Assembly: GCA_965178125.1 (NCBI GenBank)
Contig: OZ237747.1
Coordinates: 682,001 to 746,000 of the forward strand
Reading direction: 5' to 3'
Length of the DNA: 64,000 nt
Origin: Bilabrum cf. latius
Taxonomy: Eukaryota
The notes below the pieces were generated by a model. The model was not told the origin of the DNA. It made no database searches and saw only the letters and a program-made list of their open reading frames with translations. The position numbers and the translations under genes were made by a program. This document shows positions 48,458 through 59,620 of the stretch, in pieces; positions within the stretch are counted from its first letter, which is position 1, and each line of letters starts with the position of its first letter.

Positions 48458-49446
48458 TCACACCAGCAGGACTGCGTTGATGCAGCCGTCATTCTCTGGA
48501 ACATTCGTGACCTGGGCGTACTTGCCCCAAACAACCTTGCCTGACGGTGTGACGAGTCCGAGGTCGCTGACATTCACCTCGATGACTGTCCCCTTGGTGA
48601 TCACGCCGAGGGTCGTGTACATCTGAGAAGAGGGGTTCTTCTTGACACCCAAAATATCGAGCTGCACGGTGGTTTTCAATTCCGGGTGGGTGACGTTGGC
48701 CTTCTTGAACCGGAGTCCCATGGGCCTGATGAACCGCTCGTACTTGGGTGGCTTGCGGGTGAAGCCCTCGCCCACGTACGTGACTTTCGTGACCATGCGC
48801 TTCCACGCCTTCTTCTGCCGCTTGCCGGTCTTGATGACCTTGAACATCTCGTCGTCGGCGACGGGCTTGACCTTGGGAACCGGCACGGACCACTTGCCGG
48901 CCTTCTCCTTTCGCTTCTGTTTCACAGTGTTGGAGAGGACCTTGGCGCGAGCAGAGCCATCTCGGTCAAGCAAATACGCTGGGAGAGCGAGCTCCGCCTT
49001 TGGCTCCTTCTTCTTTTTTGCCTTCGCCTCCTTCTCTGAATGCTCGGCAATCCTGTGAGAACATGGTGAGGTTGATCTGGCAAGCATTGCATCAAGGTTA
49101 CACTTCCACAACATCAAATAAATTAATCTGCTATCTTACGTTTTCTTCATCTGAATCTTCTCCTTGTATCGCTTCTGATGAATCAGTTTGGCTCTAATTC
49201 CACGCGCTTTCTTGGCCATCTGGGAAGATACATGGGCTGCGCGCGCCTCTCGCTTGCGCTGTTTTTCATTATGATCCAAGCGCTTGCCGTAGCGCTTCTA
49301 CCACAGCTCCATGTGCTCATTTTGGGGCTGCGATCGCGAGTGAGAATCAAGGTACACACAGAAAACCCGTAATAATCCATTCTTTCGATACTTTACGCAG
49401 TGAAGTAGAGATATAATAGTGATATCAAATGATTTTAGCTAACCAT
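48458..49446 (-). CDS. NSA2: Ribosome biogenesis protein NSA2 (exons 49446-49444, 49327-49140, 49052-48458; 1 in-frame TAG)
   Basis: [67 protein letters not shown] and the canonical end [18 protein letters not shown] at 49298-49300. Confidence 0.95.
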
Positions 49447-49805
49447 TGTATCTGGAACGTATTATTCTGATCGCAGTCTTCCAAAAGGTGTTCCCGAACC
49501 GAACTATGAACAATTCCGGTTATTAATGTAACGAAATGAATCATAACTCAAACATGGAGGTTGTCAACATTTCCTCCAACAAATAGCTAGGAAGGCAGTG
49601 TCATTGAGCACTGCGTGGGTGACTTATTTTAAAGTATCTATTGTGCGCCTATAGGCTCTGAGAATATCAATAAGATTGACCGACTGCACCTGTGAAGCTG
49701 TCTTGGTTGCCACCAACGGGTGTCGACACACCGAGTAGCCAAGGAGCAGGTTGGGTTTAGCAATATTGCGTAAGCTTTCTACGCTGAATTAATTTAGTTG
49801 CCAGA

Positions 49806-52800
49806 ATGTCCTAGCGTGGTCCAACGATGGATCGCGCCGGGAGATAGCGCGAAGCAGGCTAGTTTGTGTCGACAGGGTTGGACCCGCAGTAGGATCGAGG
49901 CAGCCTGCCCAGCACCCCGCTGGCTCAAGTTCGCCACGACCCTGGATTGGGGGATCACGTAGACGATGGCAGGGGTACCCCTGTTTGGACCAGAAAGGGT
50001 AAGATTGAGCTACCCTTTACCGCCGACAGTTGCATGTCTGACCGTGAAGCACCCGAGCAGCTTGCCTGTAGATGAGCATCATTCTCACTTGTCGCAGTTG
50101 AGGGCGATGCAGATGATGGTCTAGAGGGGTTTCGAGGTGGTCTTTACAAACGCAAAGATTTTTTGGGGGTCGAAGAGGAAGGTAAGAGATACACGCGGTA
50201 TGGTTCAAGCTTTGGGTGGCGTGTGTGCGACCACAAATCTAATTCCAGCCCCCCCCGCCTAGCGCTTCCGGTTCGCAGCTAAACTGCATCCAAGTCGCAC
50301 TTATTACTACCGCAAGCATGCCGATTTGGACAGGCTTGTGGAGCAGTGCAGCAAGCGATTGGAAAAGGACCCGGACTCCGTCAAGGCGCTCTCCATCCGC
50401 GCCTCTTGCTTGGTAAAGAAGAAAGACTGGGCCAGAGCCCTGGCAGATTACGACCGGCTGCATGGCTTGCAAGGGGGCAGCGTGACCTTGTTCTACCACC
50501 GGGGCATGTGCAACGAGCGACTCAGCCATCTTGACGACGCCATCCGCGACTATACCTCCGTGCTGGAGCTGGACCCAGATCACGTCAACGCGGCGTACGC
50601 AAGGGGGTCCTGCCACAACCTCAAGGGGAACTTTGGCCGCGCGATCGAGGACTACAACCACGCGTTGCTGCGAGACAAGGTGAAGGGCAAGACGCAGGGA
50701 GGGGCGGCGGGGGCGAGGAGAAGCCCCTCGTCCAACAGGAAGGGTTCCTTCCTGGTGGGCGCCAACGAGTACGTCATTCGCAGGGAACAAGAGGTCAGGG
50801 AGCGCATTGCAAAGGGACTCACGCCCAAGCCGGCCACCATCGCCTCCGCGCTTAGCGACGTGCCACGGGGTGCCAGCGTGGCCACCGCGCTCTTGGAACA
50901 GCCCCCACCCGGGGGTCGGGGGGGACCCAGGCAGGACGGGGGGTCACACGGTGACACTGGTCTCCGCACACTCTCCAGCATGGGTCTGGGCAGCCGGGAT
51001 TCTAGCTCCGAATCCAGGTCAGGCGGCCCGTCCACGCAGCCGAGCCCCATTGCAGGCAGTGCCCATAGCGGAGCCGGCGGCGCCGCGCAGGCCAGGTCCG
51101 GCGCCGTATCCCCCGGATCTCCTGGGAGCGGCGGCATGCTGGGGGTGCAGTCTCCGCCTCGGCTCCCTGGCCAGAGGGAGGGCGAGGGCTCAGGGAACAG
51201 CGGGCGTGGGCCTGGTGGGGCGGCCGGCGGCAGGGGCAGCGGCGCGCAGTCTGGGGGCTTCTTGTCCCCTGAAGTGGGAAGGACCCCTGCTGCGCACGGT
51301 GCGCGGGGTGCGGGCGACCGGGATGGAGAACAAGGCAGGACCCGGAAAGCCGGGGGAGCGAGCGCTGGAATTGGACCTGGGGCAGGGGCAGGGGAGGGGA
51401 TCGATGGGTCGGGAAAGGGAGGTGTGGGCGGCAGCTTCTTCCCGCCAGAGACGCCCGGCGCTGCACCGCAAGGAAATGCACCCGGTCCCAGTGAAGACGG
51501 CGACTCGTCGCGCCCTGGATCCATCCGTCGCCCGCGTACATCCTCGTCTGAGAGCGCGGGCGGGCTGGGAATGGCCAGCGGCATCCAGGCGGCCATGACG
51601 CCCACCAACGCGGGGGCGGGCACGGGATCGGCCAGGAGCACGCCGGTGTCTGCCCCACGATCGCGCGGCGCCCCTGGTTCCGTTCGAGAGTCCTCCTCCT
51701 CCTCCTCCGGTGGAAGAGGCACCAGCCGCACCAGCGCCTCGTCCGCTGCTACGGGAGGGAGCAGGAGGCCCTCGGGCGTGTCCGCGGCCGGGTCCGCTGC
51801 GGCGGACAAGCACCACGCCGAGGGCTTCGCGCTAAGGAAAAGCGGTGACTTCCGCGGCGCCATCGAGGCCTACACGCGGGCGATCGAGGCGGATCCCAGG
51901 CACTTCAAGGCCTACTTCAACAGGGGCTTCGCGCACGACAAGCTCAAGTCTTTCATGCGTGCCATCGGGGACTACACGCAGGCGCTAGCGATCGACCCCA
52001 AGAACGCCTACGCGTTCTACAACCGCGGGATTTCACACGACAGAGCGGGCATGTACGCGGAAGCCATCCGGGATTTCACGAGCGCAATCGAGCTGCTGCC
52101 CCACAACGCGGACTTCTTCCACAACCGAGGCTTCTGCTACCGCAAGCAAGGCGAGTTCGAGAAGGCGATTGGGGACTACTCCCAGGCGCTGCGGATCGAC
52201 CCCCGGCACTTCAAGGCCGTGTACAACAGGGCCTTCAGCTACGACAAGCTGAGTCGGTTCGCGGACGCGGTTGCGGACTACACGGCCGCCATCAGCCTGG
52301 ACCCGCGCAACTCCAACGCCTTCCACAACCGAGGCAGCACCCTCGACAAGATGGGCCGCGCGGAGGAAGCCATCGTGGATTTCTCCAAGGCGATCCAGCT
52401 GGACCCCCGCGCGGCGTGCTCGTACAACTCGAGGGGCCTTTCAAGGGACAGGACGGGAGAGAGGGACGCTGCCATCGCCGATTTCACAGAGGCGATCAAG
52501 CTGGACCCTTCAAACCCCGTGTACAGGCACAACCGGGGCTTCTGTCACCGTAACCGCGGCGATTTCGCCAAGGCCATCGAGGATTATTCCCTCGCGATCG
52601 AGTCGGACCCTTCCAACGCGGCAGCCTACTCCAACCGAGGCTACGCGTGGCGCAAGCTGGGCGAGTACGAGCGAGCCGTGGCGGACTACACCAAGGCTCT
52701 GGACCTTGACCCCGACAACGTGAAGACGTACAATAACCGGGGCTATTCGTTCGCCAAGAGTGGCAAGTACGATCTTGCCATCGCCGACTACAGCCAGGTC

Positions 52801-53433
52801 ATCAGACTTGACGCGACCAACAGCCACGCCTTCCACAACCGAGGCATTTCGTACGACAAGAAAGGACAGTTCGAGCAAGCCATTCGGGATTTCACCAGGG
52901 TGCTCGAGCTGGACAGCTCCAACGCGAACGCATACTTCAACCGAGGCTCCACCCACGACTCGATCGGCGCGTACGACAAGGCCATCGCTGACTACACGAG
53001 GGCACTCGAGCTTGACAGGCAGGTGTCGGGCTCGCCCCCGAATGGGCCGCAGGGGACAGGCGCAGGGCAGGCTAGCGCGGGCGGTATCGCGGCAGGGAGC
53101 GGCGACCCTCCCGTGCTGGCTGGGAGGGGCGATGTGGCACGGGGTGGTGTGACGAGAGTGGGCGCCACTGCTGCCCCCGGAGGCAGGGGTGGCAGGAGAC
53201 AAGGTGAAGCCGGCGGGAGAGCAGCGGCAGGCCCTGGCAGAGGTGCAGTGGGCCGACAGCGGGGCGGGGCTCCAGGCAGCAGCGCCACGCCTTCCGTGGG
53301 CGCCGGCAGCCGGCCAGGCTCATCGGCAGCGTCCAGCGCCAAGCAGCCACCCAGAAGCGGTGCACGTCGCACTGTCGGCGGCAGAGGCTATGCAAGTGCT
53401 CGAAGACCTGGCGGTCGCGGTGCCAGAGGCTGA
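49806..53433 (+). CDS. TPR-repeat protein with about 3 N-terminal and 12 tandem C-terminal TPRs (exons 49806-49998, 50098-50181, 50279-53433; 4 in-frame TAG, all in exon 1)
   Basis: 34-aa repeats AY.NRG..Y...G.Y..AI.DYT.A..LDP at about 51800-53015. Two phase-1 GTAAG..CGCAG introns. TAG at 49812, 49845, 49860, 49890; TGA stop at 53431-53433. Confidence 0.85.
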
Positions 53434-53683
53434 GCCGGCGGGGTAAGGTGGGCGAGAACTTTTTTTTTCCAACTTGCACTGTGTTGTATGAACTTGAACC
53501 TGGATTGTGTCCAATTTGAGGTGTTGCCACAGGCATAGGCCTCTGTTGCTTTTGCAGCTGCATTTATTCTTCGCGAAAGCTTGCTCTGGCGTCAATGCAC
53601 TCAAACAAGCAAGGCAGTCGCCTGCAGCCCCAGCCGCTGCAGCGGACTGGGACCCCCTCCATGACCTATCAGGAGCCACACGC

Positions 53684-54069
53684 TCAGTTCAGCTGCGAAA
53701 ATGGAAAATGCTTGTGCAAAGAATACAAACGATAGCATTGCACGGTCTAGCGTTGCCTGGCCTAGTCCGTTAGGCAAGCTCTGCGTTGCCGTTGGTGCTC
53801 ACCTTCTTGAACCCGATCAAAGGGGCACGCTCGCGGAAGCACCGACGGCAGATGTTCAAGTGATACTTTCGGATGAGGCCGATGCGTGCAGAGCACACGC
53901 GGCTGCGCGACCATAACAAGAGGAGGAGCTGGAAACATTGTGATGGCAGTGTCCGAGGCGTGCAATTGGTCCCCACTTGATGCGTCAAATAGGCGAATCA
54001 GGTGCCTACTCACCACTGGCGGCCACCCTTAGCGCGATCGCGCGGATGCGTGTTCTGGAGCGAAGGCAT
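53684..54069 (-). CDS. RPS29: 40S ribosomal protein S29 (uS14), 54 aa (exons 54069-54014, 53902-53803, 53692-53684)
   Basis: Spliced product [54 protein letters not shown] with a CxxC..CxxC zinc motif; GTGAG..CAG introns. The only gene in the window without a TAG. Confidence 0.92.
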
Positions 54070-54228
54070 ATCTCTCCCAATTACCCTATATGTCTCGAAG
54101 GTCGCGTTGGTGGTTGCTGATCCGATCCGTGCGCGGCGCCGATTTGTTGCGTTCTATTTTGTAGAAAGCTGATTATTTTGCCGGATTCCTGAAACAGTCC
54201 ACTTTACCTGACTTTCGGCGAAAACAAT

Positions 54229-54844
54229 ATGGCTGTTAGGCCGAAGAAGCTTTTTGATGCCGTATAGGACCTTCCGCCGAGGAAGGGATTCCCCAATATT
54301 GTGAAATCGTGAGATAAGCAAAGCAACGGAGCTGCTGGTACACTCTGCCCTTTGTTATCCTCAGTACGACACCAACGATTTTGGGTAGCATGCAAAATTG
54401 ATATTGCAGTGTATATGGGCCAAATGTTAGGCGGGGCCCTGGTGGTGTGGCCCTGCTGGGCATTCTCGTAGGCACCACAGTTGTGTCTTGGGCGTACTGG
54501 TTGCGCAGCCGGCAGGACGATGAGTGAGAACATCCGAACGTAGCAGCTGTTGCCATGTAGAATGTTTTCGTGGTTGTTTCATGCTTCCCGAGTTACTGCT
54601 GGTCCTGAACGTGCACCGCAGCTACTTTCGGCTGGCAAAGATGAACGAGAGGTACGAACGTGCGCATGTCTTGCAAGCTAGGGAAGAAGCTTCGTATGCC
54701 AAGAGATTGAAGCGGCAAATTGACCTTGAGCGAGAATGGAGTAAGGATGTGCCTGGTTACGTAGTGAACCAGAGCGTGTATTACACAAAGAAGGGCGAGA
54801 GGCCGCACATTGATCCTACGGACCCTCGCATGAAGCGCCACTGA
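54229..54844 (+). CDS. NDUFA13: Mitochondrial complex I subunit NDUFA13/B16.6/GRIM-19 (exons 54229-54308, 54410-54523, 54622-54844; 1 in-frame TAG)
   Basis: V*DLPPRKGFPNI (family motif QDMPP.GGY), RRGPGG plus a TM helix, LQARE and KDVPGYVVNQSVY. Phase-consistent GTGAG..CAG introns. TAG at 54265-54267; TGA stop. Confidence 0.85.
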
Positions 54845-55126
54845 GTGGCACCCGTGGCGCTGGGAGCAGTGCATGGATAGGATTTGAAGATAAAGTATGA
54901 ACTTCTGCAAGTAATGTGCAAGTTGCGATCCGCGTTGTCATCATGGTCGAATCACCGTAGTCCCGAACCTCCACACGAGCACGAGCCACCGACCAGAACG
55001 GCTGGGCTGGGCAGACACATCACCACCGATAAACATGCAAGCCATGCGCGCGCTACGCCAAGTAGCACGCTCACTCAAAAACATACCAATTTTCGCCCCT
55101 GTCGAGTCGGCATCCGTCCGTAGACC

Positions 55127-56801
55127 TCACTTGCCGGCGCCGCCGGTGGCAGCTCCAGGCGCGGAGGCGGCAGCAGCAGCAGCGGCCGACGCACCCGGCG
55201 CATCCGAGTCGTAGTTGAGCGAGGGCCGCAGCCATCGCTCCACCTCCTCCACGGGCATGCCCTTCCTGGAGGCATAGTCCGCGATCTGGTCCTGGCCCAG
55301 CTTGCCAACGGCGAAGTACTCGGCCTCCTCGTTGGCGAAGACAAGCGCCGACACGGCGGACGCGGGCAGCATCGCGAGCGAATCGGTCAGCTTGAGGCCG
55401 ATGGACTCCTCCACATTCAGCAGCTTCCACATGGTGTTCTTCTCCGTGTGGTCGGGCTGCGAGGGGTACCCAGGCGCGGGCCGAATCCCGTCGTACTTGA
55501 CCTTGAGGAGATCGCCCTTGGACAAAGTGGCTGCCTCCTCGGGCGCGAAGCCCCAGAGCTCGCGCCTCATGCGCGCGTGCAGCTGCTCGGCGAATGCCTC
55601 GGCGATCCGGTCCGCCAGCGCCTGCAGCATGATCTTGGAGTAGTCGTCGTGGTCCGCCTCGAACTCCTTGAGCTTGTCCTCCACACCGAACACGCCCACA
55701 GCGAACGCGCCCAGGTAGTCTGCCTTGCCGCTCGCCTTGCTGGCGATGAAATCGCTCAGGCACAGGTAGGGCTCGTCCGTCTCCTTCTCCGCCTGCTGCC
55801 GCAGCCCGGCGTACACTGCCTGCGCCTTGGCACCCTTGCGGCCCTCCTCGTCGTCGCCCGTCTCCGTGCCGTAGATCTCGATGTCGTCACCGACAGAGTT
55901 GGCAGGGAAGATGCCGCAGACCCCGCGGGCCTCCAGCCACTCCTCCTCCACGATCTGGTTGAGCATGGCGAGCGCGTCGTTGTGCAGCTTCTTCGCTTCC
56001 TCGCCCACGTCGGCGTCGTTGAAGATCTTGGGGTATCCCCTGTTCGGGTACTTGCCTCTGAGCTCCCATGTCTGGAAGAAGGGGTTCCAGTCGATGTAGT
56101 CGAGCAGCTCTGCGATGTTCTGGTCCTCGATGACGGTGATTCCCTTCGCCTTGGGCTTGGGGGGGTCCTTGCGCGCCGCCCAGTCGATCTGCATGCCCTT
56201 GCCCCTGACCTCCTCGATGGGTAGGTACACCCTGTCCTCCAGTCCGGCGTAGTGCTCCTCCCTCATCTCCTCGTACAGGTCATCGATCTCCTGCACGTAC
56301 TCTGTCCGCCTGGCCTTGTCCTCGTCCAGCAGGCTCTGCACCACCGTCACGGAGCGGGATGCGTCAAGCACGTGGATGACCGGGTGGTCCGTGGTGAAGT
56401 AGTGAGGGGCGACCTTGACGGCCGTGTGCATGCGCGACGTGGTGGCGCCGCCGATCAGCAGGGGCAGGTTGAGGCCGGCCTTGGCCATCTGCTTGGCCAC
56501 AAACACCATCTCGTCCAGTGAGGGAGTGATGAGGCCAGACAGGCCGATCACGTCCACCTTCTCCTCGATGGCCCTCTTGATGATCTGGTCGCAGGGCTGC
56601 ATGACGCCCATGTCGATCACCTTGTAGTTGTTGCAGCCAAGCACCACGCCCACGATGTTCTTGCCGATGTCGTGCACATCACCCTTGACAGTAGCCATCA
56701 GCACCTTGCCGGCGTACATGTCGTCCCCTGCGGTAGAAGGGTCCACTCCCATCTTCTCCATCTTGAGCTTCTTCTCCTCTTCCATGAAGGGGATCAGGTG
56801 C

Positions 56802-56835
<34 letters not shown>

Positions 56836-57428
56836 TCACCTGGGGCAGGAACATCTTGCCGCTGCCGAACAGGTCACCGACCACGTTCATGCCGCCCATG
56901 AGGGGTCCCTCGATCACCTTGAGTGGCACCTAGAGAAGCTGCCGGGCCTCCTCCGTGTCCTCGATGATGTACTTGGGCAGGCCCTTGACAAGGCTGTACG
57001 TCAGGCGCTCCTCGATCGGCTTGCTGCGCCAGGCCTCGGCAGACACGGCGGCCACGACCCCCCCGGCCTTGGCAGCGTCCGCCTTCTCCTTCTCAAGAAG
57101 CGACCGCTCGAGCAGCCTCTCGGTTGCGTCGTCCCTGCGACACAGCACGGCATCCTCCACGAGCTCGAGGAGGTCCTTGGGGATGTCATCGTAGACCTGG
57201 AGCATGCCCGCGTTCACGATGCCCATGTCCATGCCGGCCTGGGTTGCGTGGTACAAGAACGCGGAGTGCATCGATTCGCGGATCACGTTGACGCCGCGGA
57301 AGCCGAATGACAGGTTGGACACGCCGCCGCTGATCTTCGCGTGCGGGCACTGCTTCTTGATCTCGCTGCAGGCCTCGATGAAGTCCAGGCCGTACCGGTT
57401 GTGCTCCTCGATACCAGTGGCAATTGTC

Positions 57429-57460
<32 letters not shown>

Positions 57461-59436
57461 AGGGAACCCGACCTTGGGTCCCACCAGCATGTCGTAGGAT
57501 CGCTTGCAGATGCGGATCTTCTCGTCTCTGGTGGCCGCCTGGCCCTCCTCGTCGAAGGCCATGACCACACAGGCGGCACCGTAGCGCTTGACGAGCTTGG
57601 CGTGCTCGATAAACTTCTCCTCGCCCACCTTGAGGGAGATAGAGTTCACGATGCACTTGCCCTGGGCGTTCTTGAGGCCCATCTCCACGATCTCGAACTT
57701 GCTCGAGTCCACCATCAGAGGCACCCGCGCGATGTCAGGCTCGGTGGCAAGGATCCGCAGGAATTTCTGCATGGCCTTGACACCGTCCAGCATGCCGTCG
57801 TCCACGTTGACGTCGATGACCTGTGCGCCATCCTCCACCTGCTTGCGCGCCACCGCCATGGCCTCCATGTAGTTGCCCTCCAGTATGAGGCGCTTGAACT
57901 TGCGGCTGCCCGCGATGTTGCACCTCTCGCCGATGTTGACGAACCCGAGCTGGTCGTCCACCTTGGTGTGCTCCAGCCCCGACAGAATCATGACGGGCTC
58001 CCTCTCCTTCCACTCGCGGGGCTTGTGCTTGGACACAGCCGTGGCGATGGCGTTAATGTGCTCAGGGGTCGACCCGCAGCACCCTCCCGCGAGGTTGAGC
58101 AGCCCTTCCTCCGCGAAATCGCCCAGGTCCTCCCCCATCTCTTCCGGGGTGGCGTCGTACCCACCCATGGCGTTGGGCAGGCCGGCGTTGGGGTACGTGA
58201 AGAAGTACGTGTCGGCGAAGGCAGCGAGCCTCTGCACGAACGGCTTCATCTGCTTGGCGCCGAGTGCGCAGTTGAGGCCGACGGCGAAGGGCTTGGCGTG
58301 CCTGATCGAGGTATAGAAGGCCTCGCCGGTCTGCCCGCTGAGAGTCCGACCGGACTGGTCCACTAGAGTGCCTGACACGAACACTGGAAGCTTCCTGCCG
58401 ATCTTTTCGAACACCTGGTCCACGGCAAAGAGGGCCGCTTTTGCGTTCGCAGTGTCGAAGATGGTCTCCACCAGCACAACGTCGATGCCTCCCTCGATGA
58501 GTGCCTCGACTTGCTGGCTGTACGCCACCACCAGCTCGTCAAAGGTCACGTTGCGGACGGAGGGGTCCTCCACGTCGGGACTAATACTGAGCGTGCGGTT
58601 GGTAGGGCCCACGGCGCCCAGCACGAAGCGGGGCCTGCTGGGGTCCTTCGCCGTGATCTCGTCGCAGGCGCGGCGCGCAATCCTGGCGCTCTCACGGTTC
58701 AGCTCAGGGACGAGGTCTTCCATTCCGTAGTCGGCCTGGGCAATCGTAGTGCCGCTGAAAGTGTTAGTTTCCACGAAGTCTGCGCCGCCCTCCAGGTACT
58801 GGCAATGGATTTTGTGGATCACATCGGGCTGCGACAACGTCAGCACGTCGTTGTTGCCCTTGATGTCCATGTTGTAGTCCACGAAGCGCTCGCCGCGGAA
58901 ATCTTCCTCTTCGAACTTGTGCTTCTGCGAGATAAGTTCAGAGGCATTTTACGAGCTTCGGGCGCAGTAGCATCCAACGCACAGCTAATCGCTCTCGAGC
59001 GCAAGCAACACACGAGGTCGCAACCGGCCGCATTAAAAATGCCAGACGGTGGTCTCTGCCCGTAAATCTCATAATGTAATTTGTACTGTATGCGGGATGG
59101 CAACTCCACGCCAACGAATAAGTCCAAACACCATGTGCCCCCGCCCACCAACTCGCTTACCTGGATCATAGTCCCCATGGCACCGTCGATCACCATGATT
59201 CTCTGCTTCAGAGTTTTGTGAAGATACTCAAAGATATCAGACTTGCCTGCATTGGAGAAAATAATGGAGTTGTCGGGCTGGAGGCGTAGGAGTATGCAGT
59301 CGCTGACGTCGCCAACTACCGCAGCCGAATAGATCCATGATTAACTCCTCTTACCGCGAATATACGTCTCCCCGGTGTCAGCAGAACTAGAGTTTGCTGG
59401 CCCGGCATCGCCTCCTGCACCCGATACTGCTGCCAT
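55127..59436 (-). CDS. MTR: Cobalamin-dependent methionine synthase MetH (exons 59436-59355, 59246-59161, 58924-55127; 1 in-frame TAG)
   Basis: [45 protein letters not shown]12-binding [20 protein letters not shown] and the activation-domain motif [12 protein letters not shown] at 56930-56932 lies within the cap domain ([18 protein letters not shown]); TGA stop at 55127-55129. Confidence 0.97.
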
Positions 59437-59620
59437 CGCGCACGGAAAGTAATCGTTCGTGAAGAGGACGCTGTCCTACAGCTGGCGCCCGCGCACTAGG
59501 TTCCGCAATCGCGCGGCGACAGAAGCAGTGACTTTGGGTTGCATGCATGCAAGCAAACGAAAAAGCCTGATCTCTTTTCCAACAATACACAATACGCATG
59601 CCAGGACAAACACACCAGTC

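Noticed and set aside
56930-56932. Split methionine synthase (two adjacent ORFs of 650 and 600 aa)
   Set aside because: The fragments abut in the same frame across a single TAG inside the cap domain, and the second has no ATG at the junction. It is one gene under the recoded table.
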